The notes under the pieces: model-generated | The model's input: only the letters and a program-made list of their open reading frames with translations | The model's database searches: none | What the model was told of the DNA's origin: nothing | DNA from: Pelomyxa schiedti | Lineage: Eukaryota > Protista > Evosea | NCBI GenBank assembly: GCA_020536535.1 | Contig: JAHLWZ010000845.1 | Span: 1-64,000, forward strand | DNA length: 64,000 bases | Reading direction: 5' to 3' | Shown here: positions 36,680 through 49,961 of the stretch, in pieces | Layout of the letters: each line of letters starts with the position of its first letter | Position numbering within the stretch: position 1 is the first letter of the stretch | Translations under genes and position numbers: made by a program

Positions 36680-38191
36680 TTATAAGGGAAGAGAAGGTGT
36701 ATTGAAGGGAAACAGGGTCACGGATCGGGGTAAAATTGGTCTGGGGTATGTCATAGTGAACAACAAGGTGCCCGTCGCTGCGTCAATGAAGTTATGCTTG
36801 CATGTCAGAGAAGTGACTGCATTCTCATAAGGAAGCACAAAGAGGTTCTGTTCGGTAGAGGTCAACTTTTGCTTACTGACACAAACAGCAACTTCAGTGG
36901 TCACAAGAAGGCCACATCCAGCAACCACGGAGAGAACTGCTGTGCCATGATTGTGTGTGATGAAGGCAGCTGGTTGAGTGTGAATGGGAAGGGCTTCTAT
37001 TCTCGGTCTTTTTGCTTCTGGAGCGTGTTTGCGATGAGGAAGGAGGGATGAGAGTGTATACACAGAGGTTGAGTATCCGTCTGTGGTGCTGAGGTGTGTG
37101 GCATCCACTGCTTTCACAAGGAGCCCACTGCTGACTTCCAGCCACGTGATAGTCCGCGCTCTTCTCGCGTCAAAGAGCTGTTGCTTCCCTCCGGTTGAAA
37201 AAGGAAAGTAATACCTCCATTTGATCCTGTCGAACAGTGGAACACCCAAAAGCTCTGGAGATAGCCCCGCTTGTGTCAAGTTGCATTCAATCTCCAAGTC
37301 AGGTTCCGACAGAGACCCAGTCTTCCAAACTGTGTCGAGGTCCACGTGGTAGATAGTAAGAATCCACTCCTGCTGCCGATTCTTCACGGCGACAATCATC
37401 TCCAGAGTGTCAGACTCACATTCGTACTCACTGACCGGGGAAAGGAACTTGAAGGAGCGGACTCCCCTCAGCAACTTGGCCTTCACCTGAACCATCGACT
37501 GAGGCACACCACCCACAACTTTCCACACAGCCAACAGAGGGAGCCCCTTGGGCAGCATCACAACCCACCTCCTGTTGCACGCGACCATGGGGAACTTGTT
37601 GACGAAAGGGAGCGGGGCCGGGCGCGCGAGCTGCTGCCCCCTGCGATCCACGACGGTCATCGCGGGCTGCGCGGCGGGCCTCGCCACGGCGCGGTCGGGG
37701 GCGATCCAGCCGAGCACCGAGGTGCCCCAGCCCACGGTGCGCGGGCGCCCCACCAGCCCCAGCGTGTGCGACACGCGGAGCAGCAGCGGTGGGTCGGGGC
37801 CGTCGCGGCCTGGGTCGGCCCCGCCGTGGCGCCGGTAACGCGGGGGCTCCCCGTCGAAGGTGACGAGCACCACGCGCTCCGCGCACACCACCCACCTCCT
37901 CCCGATGCACTCGGCCAGCACCCACAACGGCAGTGTCGCGGCACCGCGGACTCCCGCCCCCGCCGCCACTGCGCCTGCCTGTCCCTGCCCCCCCTGCCCG
38001 TGCTCGTGGCCTTGCGCCTGTTGTTGTTGCTGATGCTGTGGCTCGTTGGCTGTCTGACGACGCGAGGAGAAACGCGATGATGCTAGTGCAATGAATTGAC
38101 TCTCTGCTCGCAGCAACGACACAACAGCGGGGTCTTGTGGCCCGATGTAGTCGTCTGTGCCTGCGCGCGGTACCTTACGGCTCCACCACAT
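36680..38191 (-). CDS. hypothetical protein, second member of the family at 18869-20164 (single exon)
   Basis: 503-aa ORF; RAESQFIAL..TLPLWVLAECIGRRWVVCAERVV..RVSHTLGLV. Confidence 0.75.
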   Translation of the reverse strand: MWWSRKVPRAGTDDYIGPQDPAVVSLLRAESQFIALASSRFSSRRQTANEPQHQQQQQAQGHEHGQGGQGQAGAVAAGAGVRGAATLPLWVLAECIGRRWVVCAERVVLVTFDGEPPRYRRHGGADPGRDGPDPPLLLRVSHTLGLVGRPRTVGWGTSVLGWIAPDRAVARPAAQPAMTVVDRRGQQLARPAPLPFVNKFPMVACNRRWVVMLPKGLPLLAVWKVVGGVPQSMVQVKAKLLRGVRSFKFLSPVSEYECESDTLEMIVAVKNRQQEWILTIYHVDLDTVWKTGSLSEPDLEIECNLTQAGLSPELLGVPLFDRIKWRYYFPFSTGGKQQLFDARRARTITWLEVSSGLLVKAVDATHLSTTDGYSTSVYTLSSLLPHRKHAPEAKRPRIEALPIHTQPAAFITHNHGTAVLSVVAGCGLLVTTEVAVCVSKQKLTSTEQNLFVLPYENAVTSLTCKHNFIDAATGTLLFTMTYPRPILPRSVTLFPFNTPSLPL

Positions 38192-38393
38192 GAAAGATAT
38201 TCCGGTTATACCAACTTAGTAAGCTGCCAGCGAAGAACCCATAATGCCGATTCGAAGGGCCTTCAGATCCTCAAAATTAATCAACACTACCTAAAAAGGT
38301 CGTGGGGTGGGCCTCTGCCTACCCTGTAACCGAACTGCCGGCGGGGTAACCCCCGCTGCCCAGAACAGGTTTTTTTTTTTGTAATGACATATG

Positions 38394-40759
38394 TTAGGTG
38401 CCAGTTGACGTGAACACGGACCAGTTCCGTTTTTTTTTCCCTGTTCTTGATGTATCTTTCTTTATCAGGAGGTTGTAGTATTGACATGACTGTTGGTACC
38501 AAAGATGCCCCCTTCCGTGGGACTGAAGAAATCGGCCTGAATGCTGATTAGTGCTTGGGGAAATAGAATAGTAAGAACCTGCAACATAGAGTACTTCGAG
38601 AGGTAACCAAGGGCACTGAACATAGTTGTTATTGATTCCTGATGATCCAGAGGATTTATTGCCCACATTGCAATTGTGCCTTCCAACGACGGGAATTGAT
38701 TAGCATCCTATCTCAGGGTGAGAAAAACACTCCCGGCAAGAAAAAGTCATACACGATCAAAGCTGGGAATAAGTTTGCATGTCTCCCAAATGCTTCGTTT
38801 CTGTGTAGCAGGAAGATTTTCAAGCTGCTTAGCCCATACCTGTAGCTGGGAGAGTTAAATTCATATAGAACGGAAATAGAAGACATACCATGTGAAGTTG
38901 CATCATGGATGACCGGGCAGTGCAGCCCCACAGAGTGGAATCCCCTTCTGTATCAACGGCTGGAGCAGGAAACTCGTTGGAAAACAGTTTTGGGTTTGCC
39001 CACTTAACTTGCAGGAACGCAGCATAAAATAACTCGGCCAAGATTGGTTGTACTGAGCCTCGTTTTTGTCTTGACTTGGTGAATACAGCATTAACTAAAT
39101 CCAGAATCGATATGCTTTCCGAAGGTGGCCCTTGCAGCCCACAAACTTGGAGAATAGCTTTCATAACTATACTTCGTTCGATCGATTCCAGCTGGTCTGC
39201 TCTCCGAGCATACGCCTTAACGGCTCTAATAATAGCATTGAAGAAGGATGGGGACTGCGGAGAATTGAAGAGATAGGAATTAGTATGTTGAGGTGACGCC
39301 GGGGGACTGGGCATTTTTGGAGTTCCCGCTGTAGCTGTGGTTGATGAAGGTGGTGAAGGCTGGGACCGGTTTGGACTCTGTATGTCAGGAAAACCTTCAG
39401 AGGGAGGAATCTTTGGGGATGGTGCGGTTGTATTTTGACGTGCAGGAGAAGGAGGGGGGGAGGGAGATTGTGGCGTAAATGGAGGAGGCTGTGTCAAAGG
39501 CATTAGAGAAAGTGATGTGAATGGTGATATCCCTAGTTGTTGTTGTTGTGCAGTTAGTTGAGAAAGACTTGGAGGCCTCCCTCTACGAGGAGTTGCGGTA
39601 ATTGTTGGCTGTAGTTGTTGGAACTGACCTCGCTGAAGTTTATGTGTGGATTGATGTGCGTGGGGAGGGACTAACTCCATAGCCTGAGGATTAGAGAAAA
39701 TCATGGGGTTGTACTGTAGATTCCGTGGGAATTGCATGTAGCGCTTATCCGGAGTTAGTGAACAGGCCCTTTGTGACTGGACATCTGGGTAGGCACTATA
39801 ACCAAGGGATTGTGAGGGGGTTGAACTGCGAGGCCTGGTACCGGAGCTGGGGGAGTGTGCGAGTTTAGGACGTGATTGATAACTTTCGTATTGCTCTGTA
39901 CTTGGATGCTTTCTAGGTAAAGAGTATTCTCCGCCTAATGTTGTACCAAAAGCTTCGTGCAGTTGCTGGTGCATCGGGATACTATTGTAAAGTGGATAAG
40001 GGATTTGATTAAGGTGATATTGCTCAATTTGGCTCTGCAGTTGCTGGTGCTTGATGTGGGCAGGGATATTACCTTCGTAATAATCAGGTGTCTGCAGGCA
40101 GCGACCCTGAGATTCTTGAATTTGTTGTTGCTCTTTCAATTGTCCGTGTATCAAATTTCTATCCAACGAGGATTGATGCTGCAGCTGACTTTGAACTTGG
40201 TGTTGAAGCTCTGGGTTGAGAGTGGGTATGATTGTTCCTCTTTTTGTGTGTATGGGCTTCAAAGAACTCTGGTGCATATCCATAACCTCTGGAGGCATCC
40301 CCATCATCATCTGCATTGGCATTTGAAGTGGCATGGACCCTTTATACAATTGAGGTAGTGGGTGATTGTACTCGTTTACATCAATATCTTCTGCTAAACC
40401 TGGTGACTCATTAATGAAAAGATCCCAACGATTCCTTAGGGGAAAAAAAACTCACCTGAAGTACTCGGCCTACTACGGCCATGCCGTGATTGATGAATGG
40501 GTGGAATAAACTCACAAGGCAAGGGGTACACCCCAGGACCAACACCAATTCCACTACCACCACCACAGGCACCCCTGGCCACCGCCGAACAAGAAGGCAA
40601 CGACACTTGCTGCTTGTTGTTGTTGATGGTGCTGTTGTTTATACTCCCAGCAGGGCCAACACTGGCACTTCCAGTCTCCTTCTTCTGTTGTTGTTGTTGC
40701 TGTTGTGATGATGACACTTTGGTACCACCAACGGGTTGTTGCTGTTGTTGTGGCCGCAT
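38394..40759 (-). CDS. Q/P/S-rich hypothetical protein with helical C-terminal domain
   Basis: First exon MRPQQQQQ.. (40759) ends at a GTGAGT donor and splices into the 506-aa ORF; further short exons to about 38394-38465. Confidence 0.65.
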
Positions 40760-41325
40760 TCTTTGCTTATTTGTTTATTTTTTTTTTCTTTGTTGACTTT
40801 GCCGAAAGCTAGGAGGTGTCTGTTGTGTTGGAAAATTTTTTTGGATTCTTGTGATGATGCCGGTGTTCCAGCACACATTCAGAAAAAAGCAATAACGGAT
40901 GTTCTTTCTCCTTGTTTCGGATAAGGGGGAAAAAATGGGAGGTGCCCCTTGGTGAAATCAAAAGTTACTTGCTGTTCAAACAAGGAAAGTGTTCTCGCTT
41001 TGTTCAGTGGTTGTTTTTTTTGTTAGGACGAAATGCCTGGAAGCAGCATTGGAAGTGGGCGTTTTGAGGGTGGCTGTCGTGGCACAGGGGAGTAAACTAT
41101 GCAAAGTGTGTGTTTCGCACGCGAAGGAAGTGCCCACTTCCAATGCTTGTGTACAGACGGGTCACTGTCGAAATACCCCAGTTTCTTCATCCCAAAGGCA
41201 CAGATAAGGCTGAGAGAGCGACGGCGACACGTGGATCGAGAGGCGGCAAGCCACGTGTACGGTGATCTCTGTACTTTTCTGAGAACCAGAACAAGCCGCG
41301 AAGCCGAAATCACCTTCCTAATTCA

Positions 41326-42296
41326 ATGAGAACTTGCACACGACTGCCAGCGAAGCGATCGTCGTCGGCCCTCGTGCCCCTCTGCGTGGCGTGCTGCCTG
41401 TTCCTCGCCGTGCTCCCTGCCGCGCACGCGATGCCCAGCGGCGTCCTGCCGGGCTTCCCCACCAACAGCCGCGAGGAGGGCTACCTCCCCCTGCTGCTGC
41501 GGCGCGCCGTCGAAATAGCCGTCGACGGCACCGAGGACACGCCTTCGGCCGTCGCCGAGCGCGGCGACAAGCCGGGGATGCCGCGCCCGACGCCGTCGGC
41601 CAAAAGGATGCGCGCCGTAACCGTAAGGACGATGTCCGAGCTAAGACAGGAGGCGGACTTTTTGGCGGAACTGGCCGAGTCTAAACCAATTGTGGGTGGT
41701 GCTAAGGGCAAGCACGGGCTCGGGGAGAAGCCCAGTGCGGAGGCCCTGTTGTCTTGGGACATGATGAGGCTTGCCAGGCTGGCTGCAATTATGGGTGCAA
41801 GCACTACCGACCACACTGAAGAAAATGCATGCTGATTATCCTCTCCCTCTTCTATTTCTTCATTATTCTATTGTTATATTAAGAACAGTTTGGGATTCCT
41901 GGTCTCACTTTTACTGACAGTTCAAACAAAAAGTACTGTTGAGTATTGTTGGCACAGATATTGAATCAGAGACACTCGAGGATGCTGCTAAGAAAGCTGC
42001 TGCCGCCCTGTTAGAGAAAATAGGAGGAGCCTTTGATGCTGACAAGCTTCACAAATACTTGGCCGACCCTACAATCGTAGATGTCCTTCTGTCCAATTTA
42101 CATGTATTCTTTTCCCTTCCACCGGGTACCATCATTTTAACTCATAAAGGTTACGTTTGGAGCCGAAATTCCAGTTCTGACAGCCCAAGAGAAATCGATC
42201 CCAGAGAAGAAAAAATCTGGACCACCAGAAATTTTCCCACGAGATAATAGATTCCCGCGTACCCCTGTACCTCGTCCTCCTCAACAAGAACTATAA
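41326..42296 (+). CDS. secreted/ER hypothetical protein ending in QQEL
   Basis: Signal-like LVPLCVACCLFLAVLPAAHA; last exon spliced in frame VTFGAEIP..PRPPQQEL-stop. Confidence 0.6.
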
Positions 42297-42335
42297 TAAA
42301 AAGTGTTTTCTTTTTTGACAAATTTCAAAAAATAC

Positions 42336-43904
42336 TCAGAAAACAACGGAAGGAAGCATTCTGGAAATGTCATCCAGTGTGCCATGCAGTGGGTGGATAA
42401 AAAGCCCAGAAAGTAATGCAAGAATAAAGACTGTAAACACTCTGTTTTGTAGTGCCACTACTGACATTTGCAATTGAGCCGCCATGAATTGTAGCACAAA
42501 GAAAGCAATTGTTGTCCAACTCCAAATGTTGTATCCCACAAAAAGTACAACTGTTACTGAGGTTAGCAAAACTGCTGCACTGAAATCAAAAGAGCTGTAC
42601 TTGAGTGACATAATCCCGAGACCAGAAATACCAAGACATAACAGAGAGGAAGTGGCACTCGGGCTCTGTTCATGGGTGAGTGGAGTATCTTGTACTTGTG
42701 TTTTACCTTTTCAGGGGCAGCAAAATAACTCTACGATAACCAATGTGAACTGGCATGTTCCACCTCGACCAAAATTGTAACAGAGTTTGGGAGTTTCTCA
42801 AGTTGTTGCAAAAAGGCTTTGAGTGGATATCAGGCTTTTTTTATAGCGTTAACAGCTTACCATTGGTTTTTTCCCCAAGAGTGAAATGATCACTGATTCC
42901 ATTTCAAAACAGGAGCTTAAGAAAAATAAAAATGCTCCGGCTTTGACAGCCCACACCACCAGCTGAAGGAAAGCTGTGCATGACAAAATGCTGGGCACTC
43001 TTTCCGCTTCAAAAGATGATGCAATGCCAAAAAGCACCATGAACATCAAGGCACAAAATAAAGCTGTAAGAAAGTGATGAATCACAGTAGAGAGCTCAAT
43101 CCGACTGTCTAAATTGAGTTTATTGAAATATCACTTTATCTAATACATGCAGTGGCTTTGTGTTGTAACTACCTGCTCTTTGGGTCTCTTGGTTCCACAG
43201 CTGAGAGAATAAACATCAACGTGGATGTGTAAGTTGATAAACTGTCAGGAGGAGCCGTTTGAAGTATTATTTCCAAAACCTATTGGCAAGTTATAACACC
43301 ACCATGGTTTTGATACGAACCCTGAAAGAAGCTTGTGAGCCAATGACAATACAAACATATCTTGGCAATCCTGCCTCAACTGCCACATAAGGTACAACAA
43401 ACAATGCCCTGCACGGTTTTAAAGTTATTTGTATGTTTTGCAAAAAAAAAGAAGGATGGATTCCATCCTCCAAAAAAACACACCAGTTTGAAATGAGTCC
43501 CACAATGAGCCACCACGGGAGCAATGCCTGAGTGCCTTTATCGCGCCTCTTCCACGCCCAGTAATTTGGGTAACTCACAATCAATTCGACCACCAGGGCA
43601 CTCTTGCCACGAATCAGAAACACCCACAAGGAAGGGTGACTAAGAATAACCCACCAAGAGTCCTCTCAGGGCTCCCTGCAACAAATCCGTATCTACTGGC
43701 CGCAGCATCAACCGAATTGGAAAGGAAAAGTTCTTCGTTCGTGCACTTTTGATTTCTCATGAAGATTGAAGCTCGGGGTCGAGCCTCGAGGGCTGAAAAA
43801 TGCCCAATACGAGATTGTGTGGGGTCTTCCTTTTTATCCCCAAGTAACGCGTTCCATTCCAGTTCTTGGTAATCAAAACTGGCTGGGTGCGTGGAACTTT
43901 CCAT
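42336..43904 (-). CDS. multi-pass membrane protein of unknown family
   Basis: Several exons with TM-like segments (LLPWWLIVGLISNWCVFL; FLTALFCALMFMVLFGIA; AAVLLTSVTVVLFVGYNIW; VFTVFILALLSGLFI). Start taken as MESSTHPAS. Confidence 0.6.
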
Positions 43905-43937
43905 TTCAGTTAGAAAATTAGCGACGCTAACTAAGTG

Positions 43938-46900
43938 ATGTCGTCTCTCAGCAGGAAGCGGAAACCGGCCGCGGCACCAGGGGCTGAGGGTGGCAGCAAA
44001 TCTGCGATTGTGGGATCCGAGTTTTCGGAGCGTGACAAGGAAATGCCTTGGAATCAAGAGGTGCGTTTTTTGTATCCAGTGAAGTACGAATTTGTCACAC
44101 TATATATGTGTTGAATAATTGCACCCTGTTTTTTGTATTTTTTATTTGACCCTCAAAACAACAACAGGCTGTGGATGAAAAAGGCAGGAGGATTTTTCAT
44201 GGTGCATTCAAGGGTGGGTGGGTTGCAGGTTGGAATAACAGTGTGGCCACACCTGAAGGCTGGATGCCATCACAGTTCAGGTCGACCAGAGCAAACAGGG
44301 CTGATAGCTCAACTGTGGCATCAAACCCACTTGATTTCATGTGTGTGCGTGTGCCAATGCGCTGTGGAATCCTCCTCTGCTGAGTGCTGACCCTTGAATT
44401 AGGGATGAGGAAGACAAGAGGGAGATGGTGGAAGGCAGTTTGACAACTGCCGAAGGATTTGGGGCCACACCAGGAGATGCCGCAAGTGATGCACAAATCA
44501 AGGGAACTTCAAAACGCGACGGGCCAGTTGATATCATCACTGGGGGAGCCTCACTATTGCAAAGGTACATTTTTCCCCATTCTTTGAGTCATGTTTAACT
44601 TGTTCAGTTTGTTGGGACCAGCTCCAACACCTCAAGAGACTGTTGGGACTTCCTCGGAGGGCATTGGTAAATACAGCATTGAACGCACTTTGGTTTTCAA
44701 TCAGCTGATCGATAGTTTTCAGGAATCAAATTGTTGAAGAAAATGGGGTGGAGGGAAGGCCGAGGTGTTGGAGCCCGAATAACAAAGAAAAAGAAAGAAC
44801 CCACAACCGAAAAGACAACAGAGCAGCCCGAATCAACCCCCTCGATGACAGTGCCACCGCAGCCTTCCCCACAAACAGGAGGACGCAGGCGAGTCATGGG
44901 ACCTGATGTATGTTTGAATTCTTTTTTCCCTTCTGCATGTTGACTGGAGGATTTCTAGATTCCGCCTGAAATCCAATCTGCACTGGATGAAGAGCGAGCA
45001 AAAGAGGCAGCAGCTCAAAAACTTGCCAACACTGACAAACCAGATGAGGAAGCAAGTGAAGATGAGGCAATGGGTGATGGAGTGAATGCCCACGTGTATG
45101 GGAAATTATTGGCTGAACGAAACACCCCTGTATACAATCATCACCTTTGCGTCTCTGATACAGCAAGTACAGATCATAGAACTGGCACAGAAAAACAACT
45201 TCTATGGCATTGGATTTGACCCTTGCACTGCCAGTGCTGAATTCAAAGGTACTGTCAGTTTGTGCAATTGCAGTGAAAAATCTTTACATTCCAAAAAGAG
45301 ATGCAGCAGTTGCGTCTTCAGGCTGAAACTGCATCTGGGACAAGGTTGAGCATGTCCAGTGTGATGGGTACGTTGAATAACAACTTTGTTGCACTTTATT
45401 GTAATTTATGCATCCTTTTTCTTTCCCTCTCTTTGGTAGGCTCGACTTCCAGTACCAACTTTGGTCTGAGTGCCTTGGAGGAACCTGATGACATCGATGT
45501 TTTTGCCAACGAAAACTGTGTGCCACCAATAATTTCTGTGGATCGAACGTAATCCAATGAATCAGTGTCCAATTATGATATTGAGTTGACAGAAAAGCCG
45601 AAGTCCCATCACCATCACCATCACCACCGAAACACGCCAACTCCAGCAGCACCACCTCCCAAGATACAGCGCATCGTGCGTAAAATACGTCTCCATCTTT
45701 GTGTGACTCACTTGTCCTGTCCAGGACACAGGGTTGTGCAAAGTAAAGGGCTTTGTAATTGCTTACCGTTCTTCCACGAGACCAAAACAGTTAATTGTTT
45801 CCTTGAATATTTGCCCTTTTCTCTAACTCTGGGGCTTCAGTTTTCCCCCACCAACTGTTCCAAAAGATTTTCAACCTTTCCATGTTTTTCCCAACGACCC
45901 AAGTTGCACCACAGGCAAGAAAGACATCATTTCGCCAATTTCTTATTTCCCTAAAAGCAGCTGAAAATGAAAAATTTAAGATGGTGACTCCTCAGGAGAG
46001 AGCAAATCTTCTGGGGGAAAGAATGCTACCGGCTTCTGCAGGTTTATGTTTCCCCCCAAAAAAGGGTTCACCCAACTTTCTCCCGAATTTAGGCTCTGTT
46101 TTTCAGTATCTGTCTGGAGAAGATAGACAGAGATTGGCAAACATGACAGGGAAAACCATTCCTGGTTCGTTCCACAGTTCTATCGACCATTCATACTATT
46201 AGTCATTCCTTATGTTCCTCTCAACAGGACCGTTCGAGGTGGTCAAGCCTCAAACTGACACTCCTGCCTCACCACCATCCACAGCCCCCACTTCTGCCCT
46301 TCCCCCAACCACCACACAAATCCACACACAATCTAAACCTTCAGCAGCAACAGCAATAGTTCTACCATCGTACATCCTCAATGCACCTATAAAGCAACTT
46401 TACCTGGCAGACACAGCCAAGCAGTCTAGATATGAACACTTCATACGCCAACAAAAAGGAGAGCTAAATCCTAACATTCTGCCAAAGGTTGTTATTATGC
46501 ATTGTTTTTCCTTTCCTCCCCCACTCACCCATTTCACAGGGAATATCGGAGTGGGAATGGGAGCAAGAAAAGCAACATTTTGTGAGAGATTCTATTGTCT
46601 TCAAACCTGTCATGGGTGTCATGGCAGATCGTTTTGTGACTTCTGACGATCTGTTCATAAAGCCCACAAGTGTAAAAACAGTTGCCATAGACGCACCCAT
46701 ACCTGTCAGTTTAAAGGTGCGTGAAGCACAGCCTTCCTTTTTTCCCCACATTTAACAGTGAGTATAGTCAAACGTTGAACTTCAACAAGAAGATGCTGCC
46801 AGGATGAAAATGTTTGGTCGCCTGACCCGAACAGAGGTATTACACCTCCATGAGTTCCACCTCCTTAGACTCTTATAAAACAACAGGATGAATGGACACC

Positions 46901-47793
46901 AGAAAGTCTGTTGTGTAAGAGATTAAATGTCCCAAATCCGAAACCTGGTTCCAAGGTTTGAGATAACACCCATAAACGAAAATCTAATTGTTTTTCAGTC
47001 AGGGAACAAGTATCAAAAACAAAAGGGGAAACTCGATGAAGCTGCAGGCTTTGATTTCGCATCTGCTCCCACACAGCAGCATGTGGACAATCGCGCTTCT
47101 GTAGAATTATTGAAACCAGAAAAACCACCTTTGCCCACAGGTTGGATTCCAATGGAATACTCTTTTTGTTTACAACTTTTCCTTTTAGAGGAGGAATTAC
47201 TGGCTAGTGTTGCAGCTCCAATAGAAGACATCGCAATAGATCCGGAGCCAGAGTCTGACAACCGGCCCGCGTTCGACTTGTTCAAAGAAATCTTCGAAAA
47301 TACAGAAGACCAAGCGGCGGCGGCCGAAGCCGATGAAAAGGAGCAGCAAAAAGCCTTGGAACAGCAGGAGGAGCAGAAACGCAAGCAAGAGGAGGAGCGA
47401 ACCAAGCAGGAGCAGCAAGCTCAACAAGCCCTCCAACACCAACAGCAACAGCTGCAGCAACACCTTGGACTGCCAGCAAGCAATTCCTTATCCGGAAGTG
47501 TAATCACAGTTGCCACCTCCGGCATTGTGTTGGGCCAGGCACCCGCCTCCAGCAACATTGAAGGCCCGGCACCTCCCCCTGTTACTTTCGAAGGTCCCTT
47601 GCCTCCTGAACCAACATCAACAAACAAACCCACAAACTCTGATTCTGAAGGAGAGGGCAAGGATAAGCACAAGAAGCACAAGCACAGCAAGAAGGACAAG
47701 GACAAACACAAACACTCAAAGAGCAAGCACCAAGAGCATGACAAAAAAGACAAGCACAAAAAAGATAAGCACAAGCACAAGCACAAACACTGA
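43938..47793 (+). CDS. GPATCH1: G-patch domain-containing protein 1 (spliceosome-associated)
   Basis: DEKGRRIFHGAFKGGWVAGWNNSVATPEGWMPSQFRSTRANRA (GPATCH1 N-terminal block), G-patch LLKKMGWREGRGVG, K/H-rich tail. Confidence 0.9.
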
Positions 47794-48008
47794 CACTAGC
47801 AAAAACAATCAAACTGGTGTTACCTTCTGTGGGATAAGAGAATGACGAGTTATTGCAGTACACGAAACAATTTTCGTGTCAAGAATTCCGGTCACATTCC
47901 ATTGATCACATTCCGTGAAAAAAGTTTTGCGGCAAGCAAACACCAACAACACTGTTTTGTTTTAAATTTTTAATAAATACTAAAACAAGTGAATAAGAAC
48001 AAGCAACA

Positions 48009-49419
48009 ATGGATGCAGCATTGGGTCAGGTTAGGTTGAAAAAAACTACAACAGCAGCCAAGCCTGCAGCTGTGGCTATTGTCAACAATTCAGCCACACA
48101 GGACAGGGCTGCTGCATTCATTAGCAAGAAGTTCAGGGAATGTGACCTCGATACTTGGTGAGTTCTCACCGCCTTCTCTTTGGTTTCACTACGTTAGTGA
48201 CAAATGGCAAATTTGCTAATTTTATGAAAACTACTGCGTTTGGGGAGTGTCCCTTTCGTACTTACGCGTTTTGTTCGTATTGCTAGGTATGAGGTTTTGA
48301 GGGAACATACCTATGAAACAATCTTTGTGGAACTCACAAAGCAAGATGCTGCTGCCATGGTGTCTGTTCATGAAGGGAAGGCCGTTGGTGCCGCGCAGGC
48401 AAAAGCTACAGTAGATAGTATCCGCGAAAAACTGCATGCTGCAATGAGTTCTATGGGTGGAACGGCTTTTGTTAAACTCTCATCGAGGTAAATACACTTC
48501 ATTTACAGTGTTGGGCAACTTATTAGTAATTGCATAGGTCGGCAAAGGACAGTCCTATTGCTGCCGCAAAGACTAAAAGAGTGTTTGAAGAATTTATTGC
48601 AGGAATTACAGACCCAAAGCCAAGCCTCAACACTTTAATGCAAGTATGTATCATAAGTACCAATTGATGAAACTCACATGTGGCAGGGTTTGACAATAGC
48701 GTATATCCAGGGCATGAAAATGGAAAGTGCCACTGAAGCAATGGATGTTCTACTCAGCAGTGACAGAGTTTACCAGGATTTATTAATGGCACTCGAGCGA
48801 CCTGCCTCTGAATGGAGACAAAGTATATTGGTCAGAAAATGGGTTTCATTGCCTCTCGCCCACGAGTTCAGGGGGTTCATTTTTAACAACAAGTACCTAT
48901 CCCTGTGCTATTCTCCAAATAATATGTCCAAAAGGCTCACGGCTCTGAGTCAGTATTATTGTTTCTGTACTTGGCCGGAACTTATATCTGTGCAAGACAG
49001 AGTTGTGCCTTTGATTCAGGCTTTTTTTGAAACAGTGAAGGACATAGTACCGGTTTCCGATCACACGTAACGCGCCTCGGTGGTATTCAATGGTTCTAAT
49101 ACTAGTATTCAGATACATTATGGATTTTGTTCTTGACATGGCTCACAATCGTGTATACATAGTGGAGTTAAACCCATTTGGTATGAACTGTGTTTTTCTC
49201 ACATAAAGAAGCGCAATCCAACAAAACACTGCAGGAGACTATGAAGGAATGGGTGCAGATACTGCTCTGTTCAGTCTTACCAAAGATAAGGCAATTCTCT
49301 TTGGACAAGACCCAGCTTTGCCCATACAACTCAGAGTAGCCACGGAAATTGACTCCAAAGCCATTCTGGACTCAATGAGTATCCACCTGCGGGAAATCTT
49401 TGCGGCCCAAGGGTACTAG
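48009..49419 (+). CDS. Cdc123/D123-like ATP-grasp protein (R2K-type) with N-terminal LKKT motif
   Basis: AFVKLSSR-SAKDS, LLSSDRVYQDL, ILVRKW, EFRGFIFNNKLTALSQY, YIMDF, VYIVELNPF, LFS. Confidence 0.8.
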
Positions 49420-49961
49420 TATCTCGTGGGACTCCAGGTGCAACTTGAATTAACATTGTGAACATTTAATATTAATAGTATCTTCCTTGAATTCAAAAAT
49501 TGTGCCTTCTCAGTTATGATCGGATAAATCCAACACCTTTTTTCATGCGCTCCCCAAAACAAAAAAGTCATGCGACAAATTGCCTGTTTGACCGTTGAGG
49601 TGTTACCCAACCGTTAAGGTACCGGTTGGTGTAATGAATCTTGTTGCTTGTTTGGTGAACCAGTACAAGTCCGGAATCCTTTTTCTGAGCCAAAGGCCCG
49701 AACCTTCCTGCATCTCACTTGATGTTTCTTGCCTGCGTGGTCCGAAGACCGTAACAGGGATCAGCAAAATCTATCAAACAGAATTCTTGCAGATTCACAA
49801 AATGCAAAAACAGAACACAACAACAGCTTCTTTTTTTTCTCCTTCAAGCATCTTTTTGATCTTAAAACAAAAACGAGAAACACAAGAAAACAGAACCAGA
49901 AAAAACACATCAGCAGCGTTCACACGTGGTGGATACGCACGCAACCGCCGGCGCACCCATA

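Noticed and set aside
37271-38080. 269-aa plus ORF
   Set aside because: Antisense shadow of the 503-aa GC-rich ORF.
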